Assembly (NCBI GenBank): GCA_013265495.1
Contig: MU061578.1
Span: forward strand, 3,669,308 to 3,733,307
Origin: Vicugna vicugna
Lineage: Eukaryota
Reading direction: 5' to 3'
Length of the DNA: 64,000 bases
The notes under the pieces are model-generated. The model was not told the origin of the DNA. It made no database searches and saw only the letters and a list, made by a program, of their open reading frames with translations. The translations under genes and the position numbers were made by a program. How positions within the stretch are numbered: the first letter of the stretch is position 1; every line of letters begins with the position of its first letter. Positions 1 to 10,795 of this stretch are shown here, one piece after another.

Positions 1-175
1 CCTACCTGGGGTACCCAACACAGCCTGTGCTCCGTTTTCCTCAGCAAAGCAGAGCTCTTCGTGGAAACACAGACCCAGTGCCTGATGGCATGCCAGCACA
101 GGGAGTGGTGGGATCTGCTCCCCAGGGCAGGGTTGGGGGCAGGACAGTTTGGACCAGGTCTGTCATCCCCGCCTC

Positions 176-662
176 TGTCGACTGAAATAAAGGCACAACC
201 TAAAAGTTGAGAGTTACGTTTATTTGGTGGACACTTCTGAGGACTTGAACCCCTTCAAGCCCAGGGTGACAGCCTCTCAGATTGCTGAGGGACTGGTCTG
301 CAGAGGCAGGGGAGGAGCCAGGATATATAGGAGCTTTACAACCAAGACCAGGTAGTCAGAACATTAAAAGATTACTGTTAACTAAAGAAAACCAGACATC
401 TCAAGTTAAATAATTTAGTACTTTTCTATATGTGGGAAAGCACAAACATCTAGGCTCATTGAAATCATTCCTTTGATATGCACCGTAGCTATATAGGGCC
501 AGTGTCTTGTTCTTTGACGTCCTTCAGGGAGCACCACTGGGGGTGGCAGTAGAAGCCAAGCTGCTTGCTTGTCTATATCCTGAGTTGGCAGTAATGGCTG
601 ATGATTTGATGGCCACAGCATTCTTTGTTTACTGATACAGCTTGCAGTATTTTTTGTTCATA
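176..662 (-). mobile_element. Solo ERV1-class LTR (resembles laurasiatherian MER41-like LTRs)
   Basis: AT-richer block starting TG at 176 and ending near 662, flanked by CCTC/CCTA (degenerate 4-bp TSD). On the minus strand a TATATAT (323-329) lies about 100 nt upstream of AATAAA (219-224), the U3-R-U5 order. Family name from memory, not from a search. Confidence 0.65.
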
Positions 663-2159
663 CCTACTTCCACCACTTCCACCCTGCTTTTACTTGTATG
701 GGTTCCCAGAGGCCAATAAGTTTGATAGTGGTTGCCCCCGGGGCAGCCCCTACTTGGGCCTCCCTCAGCATCCTCAGACTGCAGTGCGGGACCCCAAGAG
801 GAGGGCAGGACCTCCAAAGGAAAGCCACTTAAGACCAGCAGGAAGGGTGTTCTTGGCATGTGACGGAGCAAAGGCAGGCAGGCAGCAGGAGGAGAGGCAA
901 GAGAACAGGCCACTCTTTAGAGGCTAGCTCTTCCTCCGACGTGGAGGGAGTTGGGGGGACTCCCAGCGCACTATTTACCTTAAAGAGTAAGGCTCCTCGT
1001 GGTGGTGCTTTCCTGGAAGGTTGGAGGTCAGGTTCAGACTTGGGGCAAATGGACTAGCCCAGTGGCAAAGAGAGCCCTTCCATCATCCAAAGTTGGTAGG
1101 GACCTGGGCAGCCTGGGAGCTGGCCCCTCCCTCTTAGGCCTGGGTACCAGCAGTTCCAGATGCAGGTCTGCAGCATCCTGGGCAGCCCCAAGAGCCAGTT
1201 CAGCATCCAGCTGAAACTGGCTGAAACTGGCTCCAAGACCTAGTCTGCAGAGTATTCATTTCTAAGGAGTTCACTGACCAGGCTCTGGGGTACTGGGATG
1301 GAACTAGCAAGGGGGTACTGTCTCCCATGAAGGTGGAGAGGGGTGAGGGGGCAGGAGACCCTTCCTGCGAGGTCAGAGCCTTGGTAGCAACCCTTGGATT
1401 GGTAAAGGCGAGAGGGGGAGGCCCTTCAGCACCACCGGCCCCTTTTACTAAGGCTGTGGGAGGCCACTCGCCCGGGTATCCATAACTCTGCGGGAGGCGC
1501 GCAGTTGGGGAGCTCAGTGCCCTGGCCTAGGCTCCCCCGGGTCACGTGGGACACAAGCTCGGAGTTGGCGCGTGTTCGAGTTGGCCGCCGAAAGAAGGAA
1601 GTCTATCGAAGCTCTGGGCGGCCGGTCCTTCGCCTCCCGGCGGGCTTGGCGAAAGAATTCGAGCTGCCCTCGGGGACCGCCGGGCCCACGGCCAACTCGC
1701 GGGGGCGGCCTCGGGCGGGGACTCGGAGCCTCGTCCCGGCGCTTGCCTCCAGGGAAATGTCCCCTCTCCGACCCCACCGCCCCCACCAGAGCGGCACACC
1801 CCGCCCCCTTCCCTCCTCTGCGGGCGCACCCACCTCCTCCACTCCAGGCGCCCGAAGTGGCCTCCGCCTCCGCCTCCGCCAGACCACCCAGGACCGCCCC
1901 GCCGGGCGGCCTCTGTGCCCCCACCCCCCGGGTCACGCCCGGAAAGCCTCGGGCCCCCGCGTCCGGCCACGCCATCCGCTGGGCCGCCCCGGGGACTCCA
2001 CGGCTAGGGTCAGCCTAGGCCCCGCCCAGCGCTCCCGCCCCCTCTGACTGCCCGGGCTCGTGGAGCCGCGACCCTGCTGCTCTTTCCACGCTCGTGCGGA
2101 GACCGATCGGGGTCCTGGGATCGCCCAGCTCTGAGCCGTGGCCCCTGGGCGCGCGTTAC

Positions 2160-2600
2160 CTGGACGTGCGCGGCGTGCTGACTGGCGCGCTGGAGGCTCC
2201 TGCACGTCGCGCCTGCCCTGTGGGCGGGGAGCCGGACTTATGAAACTATGCGCCGAGCCGGCCCACTCTGGGCCGCAGGCTGGCAGCAGCTGACCCCGGC
2301 GCCTCTGGGCTGCGGGCAAGACGTCGGGGCTCAAGGCAGGCTGGTGGGGAGGCTCTTGAGGACCCGCCTCCCTACGCAGCGGGCTGCCAGAGGCCGAGTG
2401 ATGGGACCGGGGGCGGGACGCACAGGAGAGCGCGCGCAGCGGAGAACCCCGGCAGGCACAAGGCACTCCGGAGCTCCCACCGTTCTCCGTCCCTGCCCCG
2501 TTTTTCCTTCCCGCCCCTCCTGGAAGAGGGGCCCTCGGCTTGATGCACAGCCGGGACTCGGGTCCTCTGCTGCCGGGCGCGCCGGCCCCACGTGGTGCGG
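2160..2600 (-). ncRNA. Possible first exon of a divergent lncRNA (positional CEROX1 orthologue)
   Basis: Minus-strand donor CAG|GTAACG at 2160/2159 inside the CpG island. In human and mouse the lncRNA CEROX1 shares a bidirectional promoter with SOX8. The 5' boundary is a guess. Confidence 0.3.
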
Positions 2601-2699
2601 CGCCGGGCGGGGCGGGCGGGGGCGCAGCGGAATCGCGGCGCTTTCTTTAAGGTGGGGGGAAGGGCGGGGGCGACCAAGCTCCGCCCCCGGGGGCAGCGA

Positions 2700-2800
2700 G
2701 GTGCGCGCCGGCGAATTGGGAGCCGGGAGGGGGGCGGAGCCTTGCGGCCGCCGCTTAAAGAAACTTGTTGCGGGTCGCCCCGCGGGGACTGAGCTCCAGC
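2700..2800 (+). promoter_or_regulatory. SOX8 core promoter
   Basis: Inverted CCAAT (ATTGG 2715-2719), consensus GC box GGGGCGGAGC (2731-2740) and TATA-like TTAAAGA (2755-2761), implying a start near 2785-2790. No ATG between there and 2967. Confidence 0.6.
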
Positions 2801-2966
2801 AGCGGCGGCGACGGCGGCAGCGGCGGGAAGAGGGCCTGGGTCGAGCGGCGGCAGGACGCAGGTCGGGCCACCGCGCTGCGCAGTCTTGTCCCAGAGCGGC
2901 TGCAGCGCAGCCGGGCATCGGACCCGGTACGCGTCCCTGGTGCGCGCTTCCCAGCGCGCGGCCCCG

Positions 2967-3388
2967 ATGCTGGACATGAGCGAGGCCCGCGCCCAGCCGC
3001 CCTGCAGCCCGTCTGGCACTGCCAGCTCCATGTCGCACGTGGAGGACTCGGACTCCGACGCGCCGCCGTCGCCCGCCGGCTCCGAGGGTCTGGGCCGCGC
3101 GGCGGGCGCTGGGGGCGGCAGCCGGGGTGACGCGGCGGAGGCGGCGGATGAGCGCTTCCCCGCCTGCATCCGCGACGCCGTGTCGCAGGTGCTCAAGGGC
3201 TACGACTGGAGCCTAGTGCCCATGCCAGTGCGCGGCGGCGGCGGTGGCACTCTCAAGGCCAAGCCGCACGTGAAGCGGCCCATGAACGCCTTCATGGTGT
3301 GGGCGCAGGCGGCTCGCCGCAAGCTGGCGGATCAGTACCCGCACCTGCACAATGCTGAACTCAGCAAGACGCTGGGCAAGCTGTGGCG
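2967..3388 (+). CDS. SOX8: SOX8 coding exon 1 (SoxE dimerisation domain and first part of HMG box)
   Basis: ATG 2967, [10 protein letters not shown]...[21 protein letters not shown]...[42 protein letters not shown]. Donor CG|GTGAGT at 3388/3389 (phase 2). The MLDMSEAR N-terminus identifies SOX8 rather than SOX9 or SOX10. Confidence 0.98.
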
Positions 3389-4568
3389 GTGAGTGCACTG
3401 TCCCGAGGCCAGGGGCGGGGAGTGGGTCCTGGGGTGCGCGGTGCTGGGACGTGGCGCAGCGCCCGGCCTCGGCCCTGCTCCCAGTGGCTGTTCCTAGGGC
3501 GAGTCCTAGTGGAAAAACCCGATCTGGCCAGGCGGGACGATCGCGGGGTACTGGGCGGTCTGGGCAGGCAGAGGGGAGTAGGAACGGTGTGCAGCCCCCA
3601 GCACATTCCCCGAGTCCAGGAACAGCCTACTCTAGACCAAGCTTGGCAGGCAGAATTGGAGACCCCAGCTGTGAGTGGTCCCAGAGCTTGGAGGCCTGTC
3701 TTCACAGAGAGGTGGCTTCTGTTTGGAAGCAGGACACAGCTCTCCCTCTACTCTGCCACCCCTGCACCCTCAGCAGGGAAGGAGGGGGATGGCGGAGTGT
3801 CCAGCACTTGTGGACACTTTGGCATGATGAGACTGGCCATTTTGCAGAATCTAGGGCAGCAGTAGTGATAGGGTTGCTGCTCTGGACAGCTGGTCCCTAC
3901 CAAACACTTGGATTTAAAAGGCACAGCTCTTGAGTTCAGGGTCCTGGTCCCTGTTCCCTGCTCCTCACCTCATGAGTGGGCTCTCAGAGCTTCTGTGAAT
4001 GACTTCAATGCTCCTGTCTTTGTCCAGAGTGGGTGTTGCGGATCGTGGCAGCCCCATGCCTCTGTACCCCTATACCCTGTCTCACAAGCAGTTAGAGGTG
4101 AGCTTCTGGAAGGCTATGAGGGGCCAGTGTGTGTTTTGAGCCTCAGTGAGGACTGCTGGGTTTTGCCAGTGTTTCTGGAGGTCTGGGAAGCCCAGCTGCC
4201 CACAGAGTCCCAGCTTAGTTCCTGGGAGCCTCACTTTGTCCACAGGGTATTCTCAGCTAAGTCCTGGCCTCTTTCCCTGCCTGCCTTAGAAAGTCCCAAA
4301 GGGAGAGGACAAACACAGGCTCACAAAGGAGGGAAGTAAGAGGAGGAAGAAAAAAGTGGGAAGGTTTGGGTCTTGTTCTGGTTTGTTCCTCTGACCTTAC
4401 TGAATGGCCCCCGTGGCTTGAGTCCTCCAGTCCTTCGAGATGGGGAGCGCCTGTCTGATGACCGTCGAGGCTCCCTGGTCCTCCCCAACACCTCAACTAG
4501 TGCACAGGCCAGCCCCCTGGGGCATCTCAGGCCCCCTTGCCACCCTGCTTTTGCCCTTCCCCCTGCAG

Positions 4569-4798
4569 CTTGCTGAGTGAGAGTGAGAAGCGCCCATTTG
4601 TGGAGGAGGCAGAGCGGCTGCGGGTCCAGCACAAGAAGGACCACCCAGATTACAAGTACCAGCCGCGCCGGAGGAAGAGTGTGAAGACTGGCCAGAGCGA
4701 CTCAGACTCGGGCGCTGAGCTGGGCCACCACCCCAGCGGTGCTGTGTATAAGACTGATGCCGGCCTTGGTGACACGCACCACCACGGTGACCACACAG
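4569..4798 (+). CDS. SOX8: SOX8 coding exon 2 (remainder of HMG box)
   Basis: Polypyrimidine tract and CTGCAG| acceptor (AG 4567-4568); (R)[37 protein letters not shown]...HGDHT. Donor CAG|GTGAGC at 4798/4799; 230 nt, frame-consistent with exons 1 and 3. Confidence 0.98.
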
Positions 4799-5503
4799 GT
4801 GAGCTCCTGTGGGTGGGGAGCAAGGGCTCACTCCCAGGGAAGATCCCCTCAAGAGAGCCAGACCTTCCCCATGTGCCCCGACAAAGCCCCCATAACCCTG
4901 AGAGGCAGTCGTTTCTGACGCCCACAGGGGCCTCTTTAGCCTCCTCTGAGAATGAGGGTCTGATAGCTTGCCTTGGTCCATAGTCCTGTGACCTGGGTGT
5001 TTTTGTCCTTCTTCTTGGAGATGTTTCTGCTCTCCTGGCCTTTTTGCTGGTTCTGACCTAGGACTCACTCATGCCACCAGCAAGGTGGTCAGCAGCGCAG
5101 TTTCAGGGTCAGACTGACCAGGGTGGAGTCCTGGCCAGCCGAGTAGTCTCAGTCAAGCTGGCTAAAGACATGGACCTGGGGAGACAGGTTTTGTGTGGAT
5201 AGTGTTGCTGCTGGAGACGCAGGGCTTGGCGCTTCCTCTCCTTTCCCCTACCTTGGTCTTCACAATCGGGCCTCCTGGGCCCCAGGTCCTCCCCTAGAAC
5301 AGCGCTTAACGGAATTTCCTTGGACGAGGAGTGAGGTCTGGGTCTGGCTTTGCTGGAATTTCTGGGAGACATGTGGGAACAAAAAGCCGTTGATTCCTAC
5401 CTGCGGCAGTTAGCGGGGCTGGTTTTCCTCCTGTGTGCATGTTGCCAGCCCCGCCGCCCCCCACAGAAGGGGCATTCATCCCTGTAATGTGCTCTGTCCC
5501 CAG

Positions 5504-6243
5504 GGCAGACCCACGGGCCGCCCACCCCGCCCACAACCCCCAAGACGGACCTGCACCACGGGAGCAAGCAGGAGCTGAAGCTGGAAGGGCGCCGCCTGGC
5601 GGACAGCGGACGCCAGAACATCGACTTCAGCAACGTGGACATCTCTGAGCTGAGCAGTGAGGTCATCGGAAACATGGACACCTTTGACGTCCATGAGTTT
5701 GACCAGTACCTGCCCCTCAATGGCCACTCAGCCCTGCCCTCAGAGCCAGGCCAGCCTGCGGCCACTGGTTCCTATGGAGGTACCTCCTATTCGCACTCCG
5801 GGGCGGCTGGCGTCGGGGCGTCCCCCGTTTGGGCCCACAAGGGAGCCCCGTCGGCCTCGGCGTCACCCACTGAGGCGGGCCCCCCGAGACCGCACATCAA
5901 GACGGAGCAGCTGAGCCCCAGCCACTACAGCGACCAGTCGCATGGCTCTCCAGGGCGCACTGACTACGGCTCCTACAGTGCCCAGGCCAGCGTCACCACG
6001 GCCACGCCTGCTGCGGCTGCCAGCTCCTTTACCAGTTCGCAGTGCGACTACACTGACCTGCAGACCCCCAACTACTACAGCCCATACCCCAGCTACCCGT
6101 CTAGCCTCTACCAGTACCCCTACTTCCACTCGCCCCGCCGGCCCTATGCCTCGCCCCTGCTGGGTGGCCTGTCCGTGCCACCTGCCCACAGCCCCCCCAG
6201 TAACTGGGACCAGCCCGTGTACACCACCCTGACCAGACCCTGA
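5504..6243 (+). CDS. SOX8: SOX8 coding exon 3 (K2/TAM region and C-terminal transactivation domain)
   Basis: Acceptor CCCCAG| (AG 5502-5503); GQTHGPPTPPTTPKTD...IDFSNVDISELSSEVI...EFDQYL...HIKTEQLSP...WDQPVYTTLTRP, TGA at 6241-6243. Total CDS 422+230+740=1392 nt, 463 aa. Confidence 0.98.
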
Positions 6244-7780
6244 GGGCACACAGCCGCGTGGAGGGATCAGCGTCTGGGGAGGACAACCTTTATCTCGGCA
6301 AGGACAGAGCCTCCCTCTGAAGGCTTCCAGAAGGTGTGCGAGGCGAGGGGAGGAGAGGTGGTGCCTACGTGTGCCACGGCTCCATCAAGTGCCTGCTGGA
6401 GTCTGCGGGAAGCCATGCTTTGTAAACGACTCCCCTCCGCTTCCAGATTTCCAAACTCTCATCCACGGACAAAGCCCTCTTTCCCTTCTCTCTCTTTGTG
6501 GCAACTGCAACTCTGAAGGACAGCCGTTGGGTCCTTCTCTGAGCAGACCCAGCTTCTGGGTTTTGCATCCCAGTGGTTGCAAACCGGCAGCCACAGCACA
6601 AAGGACAAAAGGAGTGAAGAGGCGTGAGGTCTCCAGGTTGCCCGAGTTCTGAGGTCCCAGCCAGCCTTGGCACTGAGAACTCCCCAGGACTAACAACCTG
6701 CATTCCCGTGGCGAATCGGCAGCCACAGCCCGGCGGGGATACAGGGATGCGCCCGCAGGAGCACCTCTTGGGACCAGCCTGTTAGACCTGAGGTGTTCCT
6801 TATAGTTAGGGTTCTTCCGAGCAAGGTTTGGCTGTGATTAACATTTCTCTCTTTATTTTATTTTTTTAATTTTTATTTTTGAAGCTTAAATGTGTTTGAT
6901 TTGTTTGGGAAGCCATTAAAATGTATTTATGTTCTGTATTATTTTATCTTTAATTAATGAAGTTATCTGTGCAGAGAGTAGAATTTAAGACAAAACGGAA
7001 GCCAGAGGGCCTAGGGTGAGGGGGCTGGGGCCGGTGTGGGGCCATTGAGGGTGGAGGCCCTGGCTCTGGGTGTTTTAGAGGCTGGCTGCTGGGAGATGTC
7101 AGGGAGAGCCCTAGCTCCAGGCCCCCAGGAGGTGGCCAGGACCCCAAGGCAGAAGAAGGGATTTGTCTTACGGTGTCTCTGATCAGGTTGGTGTGCCCTG
7201 GCACCCAGCAGTAAGTCAAGGCTTAGAAGGCAGGGCACCATTGAATTTCATCCCTGCCCACAACCAACTGTGCCAAGTGGTGGAGGCGGGAATTTCCTGG
7301 GACGTGGTGGCTTCAGAAACGCATTAATCTCGGCTCTTAGGAACCAGGCGCCACCTACAAGCTGTGAAACTAAAACCTTCTCCACTAAGCGATTTTAGAG
7401 TCTTAGTTTTAGAAGAATAATACCTGATTTACCTGTCCTGCTTCCGCTGTTTGCTGAGCAATGATAACTGCCTACTTTCTGGAAACTTGTGCCTTTAAAA
7501 CTTTGTAAATTTAAGTACATCTCAGAAGTTGTTTCTTTTTACTTTTTCTACTTTTTCCTACCTTTTTCTAGAAAAAAATTTTTTTTTTTGGTGTATCTCT
7601 TCCTGGGGGTGGGGGCAGGGAACTGCAGCAAACTCATTTTTATGCAATCTATTTTTCAGTGTTGAGTTTGGACTTTCGCTGTCACTTACCTGCTGTGTTT
7701 CGCTACTTTCTGACCAAGCAACGCTAACTTTTGTACAGATCAATTTGATAAAATTAAAAAATACATTTTATCTACATGGG
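6244..7780 (+). other. SOX8: SOX8 3'UTR
   Basis: Follows the stop codon; U/AU-rich blocks at 6840-6960 and 7490-7770; ends at a poly(A) signal with a downstream GU-rich tract. 3' end inferred. Confidence 0.75.
7753..7758 (+). terminator. Distal polyadenylation signal ATTAAA
   Basis: ATTAAA preceded by TGTA (7732-7735) and followed by GU-rich TGTGTTGCTTTCTGT (~7791-7805); composition returns to GC-rich afterwards. Confidence 0.65.
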
Positions 7781-10663
7781 CTGCGTGGCATGTGTTGCTT
7801 TCTGTAAGCCTGGGGAATGCGGGTCTCTGAGACTGTGGGGTTTTGTTTTGAAGGGGCTTGGCCAAAGCAGGAGTGGGCTCTTCGAGGGTTAACCCCAGGC
7901 TCCCCAGGGAGGGTGTGGGGTGGGGGGATGCGGCCAGACCACCCTCCCTCTCGTGTGCTGTATCTGAACTTGAACAGGACAGATCTCAGAAGCTGGCGCT
8001 GCGTCTTCCTTCCCCTGGGCCTCCTCAGTAGGCAAAACGGGTCCAGATGGGCCAGATTCGGGGCCGCGGTTTCCTCCCAGGCGAATCCCAGAGCTGGTTT
8101 CTGGGTGGCTGACGGCATTTTTCGGGCGCTGGCTCAGGGCCAGGCTGGGAGCTGGATAAAAGCCACCCTGCAGGCACCGGGCAGGGCTGTCTGGTTGGTG
8201 GAAAGGGTTTCTAGGGAGAAACGGTTGTGGGAGCAACAGCAAGTAGGGGCAGCCTTGCTCCCCGGCTGGGCCTCCCCAGCACACGTGGCCAGTTCGGGGG
8301 CTTCACGGGCCTGGAGGGTGGTGCCCACCTCTGAGCTGTGCAGATGCATCTGGGGGTGAGAGGAAGATTATGCTTCTCATGAGAACCCAGATATGCCAGG
8401 CAGCTGCCTCTGCAATCTTAATGGGGTGGCCCCGGTAGGGGGGCATGCACCCCATCCCCTTGCCTGCCCAGCCGCCTGCATGGCTGCAGTCCAGGGCGCG
8501 TCCCTCGTCCCGCGCTGGGGAGCCACGACCAGGGCCTGCCAAGAGCAGTGTTTGGAAAGAGTTGCCCGGATTTATGAGGGTTCGTGAGGCCAGTGTGTGC
8601 CAAGCATCCCGGGTGAGGCGAGCCTGGGAGGGGGCTGCAGAAAGCTGGGCTCATGGATGCCCACAGCCTTTGCAGCCCGCCGCCTGCGTGGAACCAGCCC
8701 AGTCTGTCCTGCATCCAGCCAAGGGCTGTCCAGGTCCATATGGCCCTCTGAATTCTCACATTGACACCCCAAACCAAGGAAAGCCCCCGGCGTCTAGTTT
8801 GCTGACAGAGGGAGCAAGGCCTCCCTTTGCTGCTCTGGGATCTCTCAGGCCTTGCCAGGTTCCCGAGGGCTGGCAGCTCTGCCAGTGTTGTTTGGACTTG
8901 GAGGGGCTCCTGCGTGTTAACTCCCGGGGGCCCGGTCTTCTTCCTACTGACCCACCCTGTGTAAGAGCCCCTATGGCCCTGGGTCCTGGGTGAGATTTGC
9001 GTGGGTTTCTTACATCTGAGCTTGTGCAGCCCCAAGGGAGAGGGAGGACGGCTACACCCATGCCTGGGCCAAGGGCACAGAGATGCCATGCCCCACACTT
9101 TGCCCCTCCAGGGCCCTCCCCTCTCTGGAGGTTGTGTTGGTGTCCTTTCCTTTGGGAGCATTTCGGGCATTGTGGACTGACCCCATGGCCAAGGGCCCTG
9201 GGGGTTGTGGAGTCTCTGTCTCCCCAAATGCTGAATGCCCTGGTTACACTTTGAGAAGGGAGCCAGGGGTGGACGCCCCAGGGGTCAGGGCGGCTGGGAT
9301 GGGTCCCTGGGCTGCCCCGGTCTTCAGGTTGGCGAGGGTTTTTCCAGCAAGCTCCCAGCTGACAACGTTACTCACAAGATTGGCCTTGCCCCGCCTTGCC
9401 CCAAGTCCAAGGGAGCATTTGCTCAAGCTTGTTCAGAGTCCCGTTCTCACTGAGACCATTCTATCTGCCCATCCCAGGGACAGGCTGGCAGGAAAAGTTC
9501 CTCATTTTTCACTTCCTCACCCAGAACAGAGCACGTTGCCTCTGATCTCTCCTGTTCACGGAGAGAAAGGAAATGGCATTCAAGATCCAGGCCTGCTCCG
9601 ATGCATCGGAAAGGCCCCACGGTTCACAATCAGTCTTCCTGGGATATCAGCTTTCAGAAGTGGATTTTCTGTCTGGATGTGCATTCACGGCTGGTGTGGC
9701 TGTCGGCTCCAGAGAGGGCCTATGTTCTCTGAGCAGCTGCCTGGGGAAGGCCCGTAACCTTGCTGTGACTATGGGCCGTATTTATGGGGACAGCACCCAG
9801 GCTGGGCATCACAGACTTGGGGTTCTGGCCTGGTGTGGAACTCAATCTTTCCTCCCCAAAGTCCAGCCTGACCCAGGACTGACGGTCTCTGTGGATGCCA
9901 TCTCTGACCCACCAGGTTTGCAGGGGCTGTGGTCCCCGGCATTGGGCAAGCCTGGGGGATATGTTTCTGGGTGGTGACTTGATGGCCACTGGACAGTAGG
10001 CAAGCCCTCACACCATGTGTGGATGGCCTCCTTGGGCACAATCCAACAGGCTTCATGGAGAACCCATGCTGACCAGGACTCTGTTTGGAGGCCACAGAGC
10101 AAGCAGTACCAAATCCCCTACTCTCACCCTAGGGCCAGTGTAGACCCCAAGACAGGAGAGATGGGCTGCCTTGCCTGGCACTTGAGACAAGAAATCATTC
10201 TCAAAGAAGGAAACTTGTAACCATATGCTGCCCTCAACTACAATCACTGTGGCCCCCCTGGCCCAGACACTGCTTCTCCTGGAGGGAGCAGATCTGCAGA
10301 CATCTTTCCAGGATGGGGCTGTGGGAGGCTTCCAAGGGGACAAGTCAAAGAGGGGAGGAGCAAAATGGGGAGATGCACCTACGGTTCGGGCCCCACCTTC
10401 AAGTGAGGAACATCCTGGAGAGGAGAGTGGGTCCGAGGCCTGACCCTGAGAGGCTGGTGCTTCCTCCCTGGCCCCAGCCATGTGCCTGGGCATCTGGGCT
10501 CTGAACACTGCCCCGTCTTCTGCTTCTTCTGGCTGGCATTGAGGCAACTGGCCTCCCTCTGGGAGCCTCAGTTTCTCCACCTGTAAGATGGAAATAACCC
10601 CCTGGGGTGTTGGGGGTACTCAGTGGGATTAGGACCTGTCTATGACCGAGTATTTGCACAGCA

Positions 10664-10795
10664 GGGGAGGGTATGGCTCACGGTAGCTTAGCAAGCATAA
10701 GGTCCTGGGTTCAATCCCCAGTACCTCTGTTAAAAAAATAAATAAATAAACCTAATTACCTCCCCTCAAAAATTAAAAAAAAATTAAAAAGAAAA
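10664..10795 (+). mobile_element. tRNA-Ala-derived SINE (camelid Vic-1-like), internally deleted
   Basis: GGGGAGGGTATGGCTCA...GGTCCTGGGTTCAATCCCCAGTACCTC then an A-rich tail; near-duplicate flanks GAGTATTTGCAC (10648-10659) and GAGTATCTGCAC (10805-10816). Confidence 0.85.

Larger units (their letters stand above)
1440..3560. promoter_or_regulatory. CpG island covering the SOX8 promoter and exon 1
   Basis: Very high GC and dense CpG/CGCG content compared with CpG-depleted flanks; multiple GC boxes; overlaps the first coding exon. Confidence 0.9.

Noticed and set aside
1505..3196. Many overlapping 140-270 aa ORFs on both strands in the CpG island
   Set aside because: Stop-codon depletion in very GC-rich sequence; R/P/G/A low-complexity products.
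4639..4647. GLI consensus GACCACCCA in exon 2 (also 26649-26657)
   Set aside because: Explained by the conserved D-H-P codons of the HMG box; the other copy lies in an MLT1 LTR.
4537..4983. ORF running through exon 2 into intron 2 as a stand-alone protein
   Set aside because: SOX8 similarity is bounded by consensus splice sites at 4569 and 4798; the extensions are intronic.
5397..6286. Antisense and alternative-frame ORFs over SOX8 exon 3
   Set aside because: Shadow ORFs produced by GC-biased third codon positions of the real CDS.
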